Below, piece by piece: positions 48,502 through 56,520 of a DNA stretch of 64,000 bases. The stretch is taken from NCBI GenBank assembly GCA_964487665.1, contig CAZARR010000004.1, forward strand, positions 816 through 64,815. The letters run 5' to 3'. The position numbers and the translations under genes were made by a program. Under the pieces are notes generated by a model. It was not told the origin of the DNA. It was given only the letters and a program-made list of their open reading frames with translations, and did no database searches. Every line of letters starts with the position of its first letter. Positions within the stretch are counted from its first letter, which is position 1. The stretch is from an uncultured Pseudomonadales bacterium. GTDB taxonomy: Bacteria > Patescibacteriota > Microgenomatia > UBA1400 > MFAQ01.

Positions 48502-49650
48502 GTGCTAGTGACAAAAAGTTGGAAACATGGGTTGGCAGTTATTGGAGTAACGTTGCTAGTAATACTAACGGTCCAACTCCCATTTCATCTGAAAGTGAAG
48601 AACTTGTTAGGAATGGATTTTTCTCGGGGAAGTGAGGTCTTGTGGATGAACTATGACGGACCAAATTACCTGGTGGTGGAAAAGACTTGGTATAACCCGA
48701 AAGAAATCGCGCGGAACTTTTCTAACCCGATCCCAATCGAATACTATCCTGCACATTGGCCTTTATATCCGCTAATTATCCGGTTGTTCGATTCGTATTT
48801 ATTGGGCCCAACAGCGATGCTTGTAGCAACAATTATTGGCTCGTTGGTATTATCATTAGCGATATTTTTTTATTCGAGGGAAGTCGGAATTGATCAAAAT
48901 TCTGCGTTGATACTGGTCTCTGTGGGGCTTTTTCTACCCGCTAGGATGGTAATCTTACGATCCATTGGCTCTCCCGAACCATGGTTTGCTGCTTTTTGTT
49001 TGTTGTGCCTTTACTTTTATCGGAGGCAAATGTACTGGCCGGCTGGATTAATGGCTGCACTGGCCCAAGCAACTAAGGCCCCCGGGGTATTGTTACTGTT
49101 GGCTGTGGTGGTGTATGAGGGGGCAGGATATCTTTGTGGTAAAAGAGAAAGCATTGGGAAAATTCTGGGGAGGATATTGCCCTTCGGTTTGGTTGGGGTG
49201 GTTATCGGAATTGTGTTTGGGATTTATTATATTCGCACAGGAGACTTGATGGCATACTTTCACAGCGGTGATAATTTTCATTTGTTTTTGCCCCCCTTTC
49301 AGATATTTACTAAAGTAAGTGCTTGGGTAGGCGATTTTTGGCTTGAGGAGGTGATTTGGATGTGGGGTATATATTTGGTGGGAGTATTGGGGTTGTTTAA
49401 ACAAAAACTTAACCTGGAAGGAATTTTTGCCTTAACCTTTGTCGTGGTCACTTTTTTTGTAGCTCATCGTGACATATCTCGGTATATCATTCCAGTTTCT
49501 CCACTTATCCTGATCGGGTACCAAAAGGCAGTACTTAAAAAGGAAGTACTGGCAATTTTGCTATTGATGATCGTTCCTATAGTACTGTATAGCTGGAATT
49601 TTGTACTTCATAACAACGCCCCGGTAGCTGACTGGACACCCTATCTTTAA
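48502..49650 (+). CDS. Polytopic membrane protein, PIG-V/GT76-like (third copy) or DUF2029-like
   Basis: 382 aa. WMNYDGPNYLVVEKTWY...YYPAHWPLYPLI resembles the xDGxxY...GY...FPLxP signature of 1566..3769. It has a GTG start preceded by a GAGG Shine-Dalgarno site. Confidence 0.4.
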   Translation: MLVTKSWKHGLAVIGVTLLVILTVQLPFHLKVKNLLGMDFSRGSEVLWMNYDGPNYLVVEKTWYNPKEIARNFSNPIPIEYYPAHWPLYPLIIRLFDSYLLGPTAMLVATIIGSLVLSLAIFFYSREVGIDQNSALILVSVGLFLPARMVILRSIGSPEPWFAAFCLLCLYFYRRQMYWPAGLMAALAQATKAPGVLLLLAVVVYEGAGYLCGKRESIGKILGRILPFGLVGVVIGIVFGIYYIRTGDLMAYFHSGDNFHLFLPPFQIFTKVSAWVGDFWLEEVIWMWGIYLVGVLGLFKQKLNLEGIFALTFVVVTFFVAHRDISRYIIPVSPLILIGYQKAVLKKEVLAILLLMIVPIVLYSWNFVLHNNAPVADWTPYL

Positions 49651-49653
49651 TAT

Positions 49654-50832
49654 TTACTTCTTCTTCCAGATAAACTTGTTGTACATTAGCCAGTTGTAGG
49701 GGAGCACCAGAAATAGAATTATGAAGGGTAATAAAAGTTGTCGGTAGTTCGCGCCTAACATAAGTACTCCGATTGATCCCGTAACTGTCTGTATTAGCAA
49801 AGCGCCCGAAGAGCTCAGGTTGAATTGAAGAAACTTTTTTAATAGGTTTGCGAGCCCTGAAATCTGGTCGGATTTGAACGTCCAAAGATTGTTAAGGGTG
49901 AAGTTACTAATAATCGCGGCTTCTGTGGATACTGCCCAAGCTACCCATTCCGGTTGACCAATACGAGAGAGCAATCCCAAAATGCTAGCGTTTACTACAT
50001 AGCCGACAAAACCAACGGTACCAAACTTGATGAACTTCTGAGTAGTTTCGTCGTGCCAACGAAGTAATACTGCCACACGAAATATATCTTTCGCAGTTTG
50101 GGGCTCAATTTTCGATTCACCAGCATTTCTGACTTGAAACCTGAGGGGAACCTCTTTGAATTTGGCTCCTAACTTAAGAGTTTCGAAGAGAAGCTGAAGT
50201 TTGTAACCGAAACTTTTAGTATAAAGATGTGATCCGTTTAGATTAAGACGATCGAGAAAACCTTGCACTCTGGTAACCTTGAAGCCTGTCGTCGGGTCTG
50301 TAACGTCAAAGAAATGTTTAAATGGAAAAAACAAAATAAATCTGGCCACTAAACCACCAAACTCACTAAAGAAAAGACGTTTAAATCCCCACCCGCTTGG
50401 ATTACTACCACCTTTGATTTTACGTGAGCCTATGACATAGTCGAACCCGTCTTCAAGCGCCTTGAGAGCTAGAGTGATTGTCTCCGGAGGGTGTTGAAAA
50501 TCACCATCCATTTCAAAAACATAGTCAGCACCAAGTCTGTCAATTGCAAATCTAAACCCATCAAGATATGCACTGCCTATTCCGGTTTTGTTTGGACGTT
50601 GTAGAAGGTATAAATTGGAATACTTTTTGGAAATTTTCTCGACAATGGCAGATGTACCATCCGGTGAGTTGTCGTCAACCACTAAGATGTTGATTCTCCA
50701 ATCTTGAGATAGCCCTCCTTCTTTTGACTTAATATCAGGAATTGTCTTTTCGCAAAGATACTTGAGCATTTGGCCAATAGTCCCTGCTTCGTTGTAAGTG
50801 GGAATAACGATCGTCGCAGTGCTTTGCTTCAT
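49654..50832 (-). CDS. GT2 polyprenyl-phosphate glycosyltransferase fused to a C-terminal GtrA-like membrane domain
   Basis: TIVIPTYNEAGTIGQ...ILVVDDNSPDGT...FEMDGDFQHPP, followed by the C-terminal KFIKFGTVGFVGYVVNASILGLL...AIISNFTLNNLWTFK, which is GtrA-family. The start is taken at MKQSTATIVIPTYNE (50832) and the track start is 50874. Confidence 0.75.
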   Translation of the reverse strand: MKQSTATIVIPTYNEAGTIGQMLKYLCEKTIPDIKSKEGGLSQDWRINILVVDDNSPDGTSAIVEKISKKYSNLYLLQRPNKTGIGSAYLDGFRFAIDRLGADYVFEMDGDFQHPPETITLALKALEDGFDYVIGSRKIKGGSNPSGWGFKRLFFSEFGGLVARFILFFPFKHFFDVTDPTTGFKVTRVQGFLDRLNLNGSHLYTKSFGYKLQLLFETLKLGAKFKEVPLRFQVRNAGESKIEPQTAKDIFRVAVLLRWHDETTQKFIKFGTVGFVGYVVNASILGLLSRIGQPEWVAWAVSTEAAIISNFTLNNLWTFKSDQISGLANLLKKFLQFNLSSSGALLIQTVTGSIGVLMLGANYRQLLLPFIILFLVLPYNWLMYNKFIWKKK

Positions 50833-50908
50833 GAGATGAAGTATAGCAAAAGATTGTTCGAAATATTGATACATTAATCTCAGTATTCTGTTATAAAATC
50901 ACTGCATA

Positions 50909-51577
50909 ATGAAGATTGATGTTTTAACCGCGTTCCCAAAAATGTTTCAGGGACCATTTGATGAAAGTATTATTGCCAGAGCAGTTAAACAAGAATATCT
51001 AGATTTAAACATCTATGATTTACGAGATTGGAGTTCTGACAACCATCGAAGTGTTGATGATTCGCCTTTTGGTGGTGGGGCGGGTATGGTGATGCGGGTG
51101 GATGTAATCGATCGGGCAGTAGAAGACCTAAAAAGTAAACACCGCCAAAAGGCCAGGGTAATTCTTTTGGATACTAAAGGTGAGATTTATCGTCAAAATA
51201 CCGCGAAGACATATGCCACAGCTGAGTACTTGATATTAATTGCTGGTCATTATGAGGGAGTGGATCAGCGGGTACATGAATATATTGCTGATGAGGTAGT
51301 TTCGATCGGTGAGTTTGTATTGACGGGGGGTGAGCTTCCTGCGATGGTTCTGATTGATAGTATAGTCAGACTAATTCCGGGGGTTCTAGGAAATAGCGAG
51401 TCGTTGACCGAAGAGTCGTATAACCAGGAAGGAATGGTAGAATATCCGCAATTCACACGTCCTGCAGAATACAAGGGTTGGAAAGTACCTGAAGTGTTAC
51501 TATCTGGTAACCATAAAGATATTAATAGGTGGAAAAAAGAATCTGGGTTATTCCTTGGGAATTCCAACGGGCATTAA
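50909..51577 (+). CDS. trmD: tRNA (guanine37-N1)-methyltransferase
   Basis: MKIDVLTAFPKMFQGPFDESIIARA...VDDSPFGGGAGMVMRVDVI...ILIAGHYEGVDQRV are canonical TrmD motifs; 222 aa. Confidence 0.85.
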   Translation: MKIDVLTAFPKMFQGPFDESIIARAVKQEYLDLNIYDLRDWSSDNHRSVDDSPFGGGAGMVMRVDVIDRAVEDLKSKHRQKARVILLDTKGEIYRQNTAKTYATAEYLILIAGHYEGVDQRVHEYIADEVVSIGEFVLTGGELPAMVLIDSIVRLIPGVLGNSESLTEESYNQEGMVEYPQFTRPAEYKGWKVPEVLLSGNHKDINRWKKESGLFLGNSNGH

Positions 51578-52306
51578 ATACACAGGCTCTTCCGACTGGG
51601 GTAACGATAGCAAGTCGTGAATTTTGGCGACATCAAAACTTGAGATGGCGACCGTACCAAGCCCTATTGACTCTGATTGGAGATAGATATTTTGCGCAAT
51701 GTGGCCAACTTCTAGATAAATATTTTTATCAAGTTCCGAAATTGGAAAAGAATCTTTGAGCTTATCTTTCTGGGCAGTAATAAGAAGCACAACTGGAGTC
51801 GATCGAAGAGAATTTTGATTGACGATCTCAAAAAGTTTGGTTTGAAAGTTGCCAGGTTGTAAAAGTTGGATCCGGTGTATGGGTTCGCGATCGCCGGCTA
51901 AATACCGATAAAGTCCCGGGTTGAGAGTCTCGACATTAAACACAAGTGCGTATAGAGTATTGGGGTAAATTGATTTTGCCGACGGGGCGGTGCGGCCTCC
52001 CCAGTTTGTCGTTACCCCCTGTCCGGCCCAAAGAAGTTGAGAAAGTTTTGATAATTGAAGAGTATCATTTTGGAACAATCTACGGCTTCGTCTCTGGTAT
52101 AGGGCTTTTTCTATGCTGTAGGATGAGTTTATCGCAGGTTTGGGAAGCGATATTGGTTCAATAACCTGTACTGTGTTTGTGTCGACTGGTTGGCTGCCTT
52201 TGGATGGAGATGGTTTGGGCTGTATTAGTAATCCCAGACCTAGGATAAAAAAAAAGGAAATAACTACATAAATGGGTGTAGTGATAGCTTTGGAAAACCC
52301 TGGCAT
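51548..52306 (-). CDS. Nitroreductase-family / SagB-type dehydrogenase domain protein, membrane-anchored
   Basis: An N-terminal TM helix, then SIEKALYQRRSRRLFQNDTLQLSKLSQLLWAGQGVT...GRTAPSAKSIYP, the nitroreductase/SagB fold signature. The start is taken at MPGFSK (52306). Confidence 0.5.
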   Translation of the reverse strand: MPGFSKAITTPIYVVISFFFILGLGLLIQPKPSPSKGSQPVDTNTVQVIEPISLPKPAINSSYSIEKALYQRRSRRLFQNDTLQLSKLSQLLWAGQGVTTNWGGRTAPSAKSIYPNTLYALVFNVETLNPGLYRYLAGDREPIHRIQLLQPGNFQTKLFEIVNQNSLRSTPVVLLITAQKDKLKDSFPISELDKNIYLEVGHIAQNIYLQSESIGLGTVAISSFDVAKIHDLLSLPQSEEPVYLMPVGIPKE

Positions 52307-52314
52307 ACCAGAGG

Positions 52315-53034
52315 CTAAATATAGGTTCGGATCTGGGCTTTTGAACGTTGATCTTTGAACCATTCGGTGAATTTGTCTTGCAGTTGTTGCTCTTTGAGAT
52401 TTGTCTTTATTTCTTCTTTGACATCCTCATATTTCTTATCTTTGAAGTACGAGGAGTAGTCTGTAAAGTACTTCTTAACTTCATCTTCCTTTGGCTCGAC
52501 ATTGGTAAAGAGTTTGACTTTTAGCTTGGCTTCGGTAACCATGGCCTTGAGCCGACTTAAAAAGTCTTTGTCTGTAAGTCCACTTTGGGAAAGGGCATTT
52601 TTTAGAGCCTCTTCACCACCCAAACGATCTACAATCTTTTTTCTTTCCTCATCTAGGTCGCTTTGCGCAATAGTGACATTGTTCTTTTTGGCTAAATCTG
52701 CAAGTAAGGCTGTGTCTACCATTTCCTGAAGGGTTGCCTGACCATAACGCTCTACCAACTTTTTGTTGAGTTCGAATCTGGTAATAGGCGTAGTGTTGAT
52801 TGAGCCAGCGATGATGTAACCCCGATATTTTTTGGCCAAATAATATGCACCGATACCTAAAAGGATAACTAGACCAACCGTAAAAGCTAAACGTAGGCCG
52901 GAGGTTTGTGGTTTCGAACGAGTTGGGGTTGGGTCAACGGCTGTGCTTTTTTCAAGAGATTCTAGAGAAGTTCGACCTGGTTTACGCTGGTTCGATCGTG
53001 GTTTGGTAATTGTAGCTTTGATTTTTGTTGCCAT
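52315..53034 (-). CDS. Membrane-anchored SurA-N-domain-like periplasmic chaperone (no PPIase domain)
   Basis: A low-complexity N-terminus, one TM helix, then the helical domain LNKKLVERYGQATLQEMVDTALLADLAKKNNVTIAQSDLDEERKKIV..., typical of the SurA_N/PpiD-like family. Confidence 0.45.
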   Translation of the reverse strand: MATKIKATITKPRSNQRKPGRTSLESLEKSTAVDPTPTRSKPQTSGLRLAFTVGLVILLGIGAYYLAKKYRGYIIAGSINTTPITRFELNKKLVERYGQATLQEMVDTALLADLAKKNNVTIAQSDLDEERKKIVDRLGGEEALKNALSQSGLTDKDFLSRLKAMVTEAKLKVKLFTNVEPKEDEVKKYFTDYSSYFKDKKYEDVKEEIKTNLKEQQLQDKFTEWFKDQRSKAQIRTYI

Positions 53035-53053
53035 TAGCAGATTGTAGCATGAA

Positions 53054-54634
53054 TTATTGCAGTGATTTGATTAGGTAGGTTTTTTGTGGTTGGTAGCCAA
53101 GTTTGAAATAGTATTCCCTCGTACCAATGGCAGAAATAACAGCAATTTTATTGAAACCATTTTTCTTAGCAATTGTTTCTGCCACCGAGATTAATCTTTT
53201 GCCCAGACCTTGATGTTGGGCAAATCGTATATTTTTCTTGGAGATTGCAACGACCCGACCAAAAGTGTGAACTTCGCGAATTATGGCTGAGCTGTCTAAC
53301 TCTTTAAATATCAGGTTCTTCTTCGTTTCGGGTAAACGCATGCGGAGTAAGGAATAAAGTTGATCTTTATTTTCGAAACTGAGGAAATACTCGACCCCTC
53401 CGAGTGTGAGGATTTTGCGTGTGTGTAAGTCTGGAATTACTGAATAAAGCCTATCTCCAACTTCACGGCAGCGGATACAGGCACACTTTTGACCGTTTTT
53501 GGCTAACTCCATTTGGATTTGTTGCCGCATGTTCGAGATCTGAGTGCCCGCTACTAGCCACTTTTTGGAAATATCACGAACCAAGCGGTCGATACGAACC
53601 CAAGGGGGTGTAATTTTTTTTATTTTAGTTAGGACACGCTTAAGATCCTTGTCGGAGTATGGTTTAAATGAACCAGAATGAAATTCTTTTTCGAGGGCGG
53701 TTCCTGGTAGTATGGCGCAGGGGTAGATTTTTATGCTATCAGGTTTAAAACGTGGATCGGAATAAATTAAACGGGCCATGCTAACATCTTTTTGGGGGTT
53801 AGAACCTGGTAGGTTAGGCATAAAATGATAACAAACTTTGAAACCTGAGTCGCGTAGCCTTTGTGTGGCAGAGGCAATGGCTGAAAGATTATGCCCCCTT
53901 TTGATGCGTTGTAAGATTTTCTCGTCTGGGGCCTGGACGCCCAACTGAACTTTAGTGACCCCTAGGCGGCGAAGCAACCGGATCTCCTGATCACTAAGCC
54001 AGTCTGGACGGGTTTCAATACTAATACCAACTATCCTGATTGATGCATTTTGATTTAGCTTTTGCGCTTGGACTAGGTTTTTTGAAGAACATTGATTACA
54101 CGCGTCTACCATATCTTTAAAAAACTTAATCCTATATGCCTTTGGGTAAGCAGAGAATGTCCCACCAATAACAATCAATTCCACTTTTTGAAGTGAGTGA
54201 CCGGTTTGGCGAAGCTGTTCAAAACGCGAGTGTATTTGGGCTTTGGGGTCAAATTCTAATGATTTAGCCCTTTGCGCCGCAGGTTCGTCGGATAGATAGC
54301 TTTTGGGCATGCCTGATTCTAAAGGACAAAAGGTACACTGACCCGGACAGGCAAAAGGTTTTGTCATGACAGCAAGCGGAGTAACCCCAGACTGAGATCG
54401 AATTCGACGTGTTCTAAGAGAACTAAGCAGAAGGTCATTTGGGGGTATTCTATTTGTAGACGAAAGGTTTAGGTAGGCTTGTCTAATGTGAGAATTTTTG
54501 GGAACAAATTTTAGTTTGGTAGACCAAAGTAACCTATATTGGTCAATATTATTATGGTTAAGACGTGTAAAATCCTTTGAGATGAGATCCTGCAGCGCGA
54601 CAAGATCAGATGGTGTCCGGGTTGTGTATGACAA
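53054..54634 (-). CDS. elp3: Elp3-family protein: radical-SAM domain plus C-terminal GNAT acetyltransferase (putative tRNA U34 carboxymethylation enzyme)
   Basis: 526 aa. A CX3CX2C cluster (FACPGQCTFCP), the radical-SAM core (LIVIGGTFSA...ISIETRPD), and a C-terminal GNAT motif (RFAQHQGLGKRLISVAETIAKKNG). Both the architecture and length match Elp3. Confidence 0.75.
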   Translation of the reverse strand: MSYTTRTPSDLVALQDLISKDFTRLNHNNIDQYRLLWSTKLKFVPKNSHIRQAYLNLSSTNRIPPNDLLLSSLRTRRIRSQSGVTPLAVMTKPFACPGQCTFCPLESGMPKSYLSDEPAAQRAKSLEFDPKAQIHSRFEQLRQTGHSLQKVELIVIGGTFSAYPKAYRIKFFKDMVDACNQCSSKNLVQAQKLNQNASIRIVGISIETRPDWLSDQEIRLLRRLGVTKVQLGVQAPDEKILQRIKRGHNLSAIASATQRLRDSGFKVCYHFMPNLPGSNPQKDVSMARLIYSDPRFKPDSIKIYPCAILPGTALEKEFHSGSFKPYSDKDLKRVLTKIKKITPPWVRIDRLVRDISKKWLVAGTQISNMRQQIQMELAKNGQKCACIRCREVGDRLYSVIPDLHTRKILTLGGVEYFLSFENKDQLYSLLRMRLPETKKNLIFKELDSSAIIREVHTFGRVVAISKKNIRFAQHQGLGKRLISVAETIAKKNGFNKIAVISAIGTREYYFKLGYQPQKTYLIKSLQ

Positions 54635-55235
54635 GATAGGGACATATTTTAGCCGAACAAGAAATTTTGTGTGGCCAGAGTTGAGACCTTGGCTTGACTG
54701 CTTGAAGGATGGGGACTCGGTTCTTGACGTGGGGTGTGGAAACGGAAGGTTGTTAATGGGGATTAATAAAAGTGTTAGTTATGTTGGAATAGATTTTTCA
54801 AAGAGTTTACTTAACGAAGCCCATAAATTACACCCCAGCCACCGATTCGTTTACGGGGACATAAACGAGGAAGGGACGTGGAAAGCTTTGGGTAAATACA
54901 AGGCGACTTTTTGTGTGGCTGTTTTGCATCATGTATTCAACTTTACCGATCAGAAAGAAGTTGTAAGAAAGATGGTTAGCCACACTGACAAGGGTGGGTT
55001 TGTATATATAAGTGTCTGGAATTTGTGGAGTAAAAGACACTGGATAAACCATTTGAGGAGTATTTTTCTGAAATTTAGTCATTGGCGATTGGTTAATGTT
55101 CCTTTTAGAACTATAGATCGATTGTATTTTGCTTTTGACGAGGGGTATCTAAGACGGTTAACAGCGGATATTGGTGCGAAAAAAACAACAACTTTTTCTA
55201 GTGGTGGTAATTTGTGTGTGGTGCTAGATGTTTAG
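54582..55235 (+). CDS. Trm9/ALKBH8-type class I SAM methyltransferase (putative tRNA cm5U34 methyl-esterase)
   Basis: VVYDKIGTYFSRTRNFVWPELRPWL / VLDVGCGNGRLLMGINKSVSYVGIDFS / FCVAVLHHV / GGFVYISVWNLW / RLYFAFDEGYL / GGNLCVVLD align motif-by-motif with yeast Trm9 (VYNEIAPHFSQTRYKPWPIV / IDVGCGNGKYLGVN / ISIAVVHHW / GGQALIYCWALEQ / RYYHLYREGEL / RDNWWVVAQK). The first ATG is at 54582; the track ORF starts upstream at 54498. Confidence 0.65.
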   Translation: MRSCSATRSDGVRVVYDKIGTYFSRTRNFVWPELRPWLDCLKDGDSVLDVGCGNGRLLMGINKSVSYVGIDFSKSLLNEAHKLHPSHRFVYGDINEEGTWKALGKYKATFCVAVLHHVFNFTDQKEVVRKMVSHTDKGGFVYISVWNLWSKRHWINHLRSIFLKFSHWRLVNVPFRTIDRLYFAFDEGYLRRLTADIGAKKTTTFSSGGNLCVVLDV

Positions 55236-55492
55236 GTTAGGGACATTACGATAAATCCCTTGACTTGGACTTCGGATTGGGGCCAATAGGTGAGGTCCTT
55301 GGTCTTCAGGACAAAGCCGATCGTTTTAGAGACTTCTCTACCAGTGTATTTTTGTTTCTGGGGATCGTATTCTTGAAGAATCAAGGTGTCGCCTTCCTGA
55401 CAATCAAAATCAGCCAGACGTAGATCAAATTTCTTTTCACCTGATAGGATTTTCTGAAACATATTGGGCCAGGTTTTTTTCTTGAAGATCAT
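55232..55492 (-). CDS. ASCH/PUA-like small protein (DUF3850-like)
   Basis: 86 aa. FQKILSGEKKFDLRLADFDCQEGDTLILQEYDPQKQKYTGREVSKTIGFV is the DUF3850/ASCH beta-barrel pattern. Confidence 0.5.
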   Translation of the reverse strand: MIFKKKTWPNMFQKILSGEKKFDLRLADFDCQEGDTLILQEYDPQKQKYTGREVSKTIGFVLKTKDLTYWPQSEVQVKGFIVMSLT

Positions 55493-55534
55493 TTTAGCTT
55501 TTCATTAGGTGTAAGTACTGTGGTGTTAGTATTC

Positions 55535-56503
55535 TTATTTTCTAATTAATTCCTCGAGCCAGGGAGTGTTTCCGTGTTTTCTTTTCCACCATGTATCTTC
55601 CCAAACATAATGCACTGCGAGTTGTTTATATATTCCGTATTTGTTGAAATGAGATAAAAGTTGGTCGACCGGGAGCGGATCGTGAGGATCACGGTCGAAA
55701 AAAATCTTTGAATAAATTTTCTGCTCCCAAGGAGAAATGTGATTAAAAAAGTCCCAATGATGAAAAACATCAAAAAGTATATACCAGACAGTTGCCGGCC
55801 CAACGCCGAAGAGATGAAGAAGCTGTTTTTGTTGCTCAGCTAGACTCAAGGTCCTGAGATTGATCTCGTCAATTAGACCGGCACGAAATTGATCGTCAAT
55901 TTTTTTAATTGATTTGGCTCGATATCCAACTTTTAACAAGCGGAGATCATTTTCGGAAACTGAATTAAGTTTACCCGGGCACCAGAAACACCATAGTACT
56001 TTACCATCGAACTCAAGCTTGTCTCCGAACTGTTCGATAAGAGTACGAAACATTTCAGCAGACCGCTTAACTGTGGCATTTTGGAGAGTAATGCCTATGA
56101 TCAAATAATCGTAAAGTGAGCTGGGGTGGCCAGGGCGCATACCACGCCATTTTGAAATTATTGGCTTTAGTACCGGATCATTTGCGAACAACTGATAAAA
56201 AGGATTCAGATCTAACTCTAAGTTGTATCTATATTTAATTTCGTCAATTAAAGTTTTGAGTGCTTTGATGGTAAGTTCTTTTGACGCATAAATCGAAATG
56301 GCAATTTTAGGATTATCAACAGTCCAAAGATTTTTAAATTTAATTCCTAGCGGTACTTTCCCCCAGCGCCACGTTTGCCAACGAACACCTGGTTCCCAAA
56401 GACTATCCCCGGTGGTGAAATGGTCAGGTTTGTGAAAAGTAGCATCAAAATTAAACGGGGATACTGGGGACAACGTGATGGTGTGAATGTGTTTAAGTTG
56501 CAT
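55535..56503 (-). CDS. HhH-GPD superfamily DNA glycosylase (AlkA/Ogg-like)
   Basis: 322 aa. A helix-hairpin-helix LLHLFGVGPATVWYILFDVF follows an AlkA-like N-terminal domain. Confidence 0.55.
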   Translation of the reverse strand: MQLKHIHTITLSPVSPFNFDATFHKPDHFTTGDSLWEPGVRWQTWRWGKVPLGIKFKNLWTVDNPKIAISIYASKELTIKALKTLIDEIKYRYNLELDLNPFYQLFANDPVLKPIISKWRGMRPGHPSSLYDYLIIGITLQNATVKRSAEMFRTLIEQFGDKLEFDGKVLWCFWCPGKLNSVSENDLRLLKVGYRAKSIKKIDDQFRAGLIDEINLRTLSLAEQQKQLLHLFGVGPATVWYILFDVFHHWDFFNHISPWEQKIYSKIFFDRDPHDPLPVDQLLSHFNKYGIYKQLAVHYVWEDTWWKRKHGNTPWLEELIRK

Positions 56504-56520
56504 AAATAGATTGAAAGTGT

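Noticed and set aside
52315-53034. SurA-like chaperone as part of the Elp3 tRNA-modification system
   Set aside because: It is membrane-anchored and periplasmic, so it cannot act on cytoplasmic tRNA. Its co-orientation with Elp3 is probably operon packing, not functional linkage.
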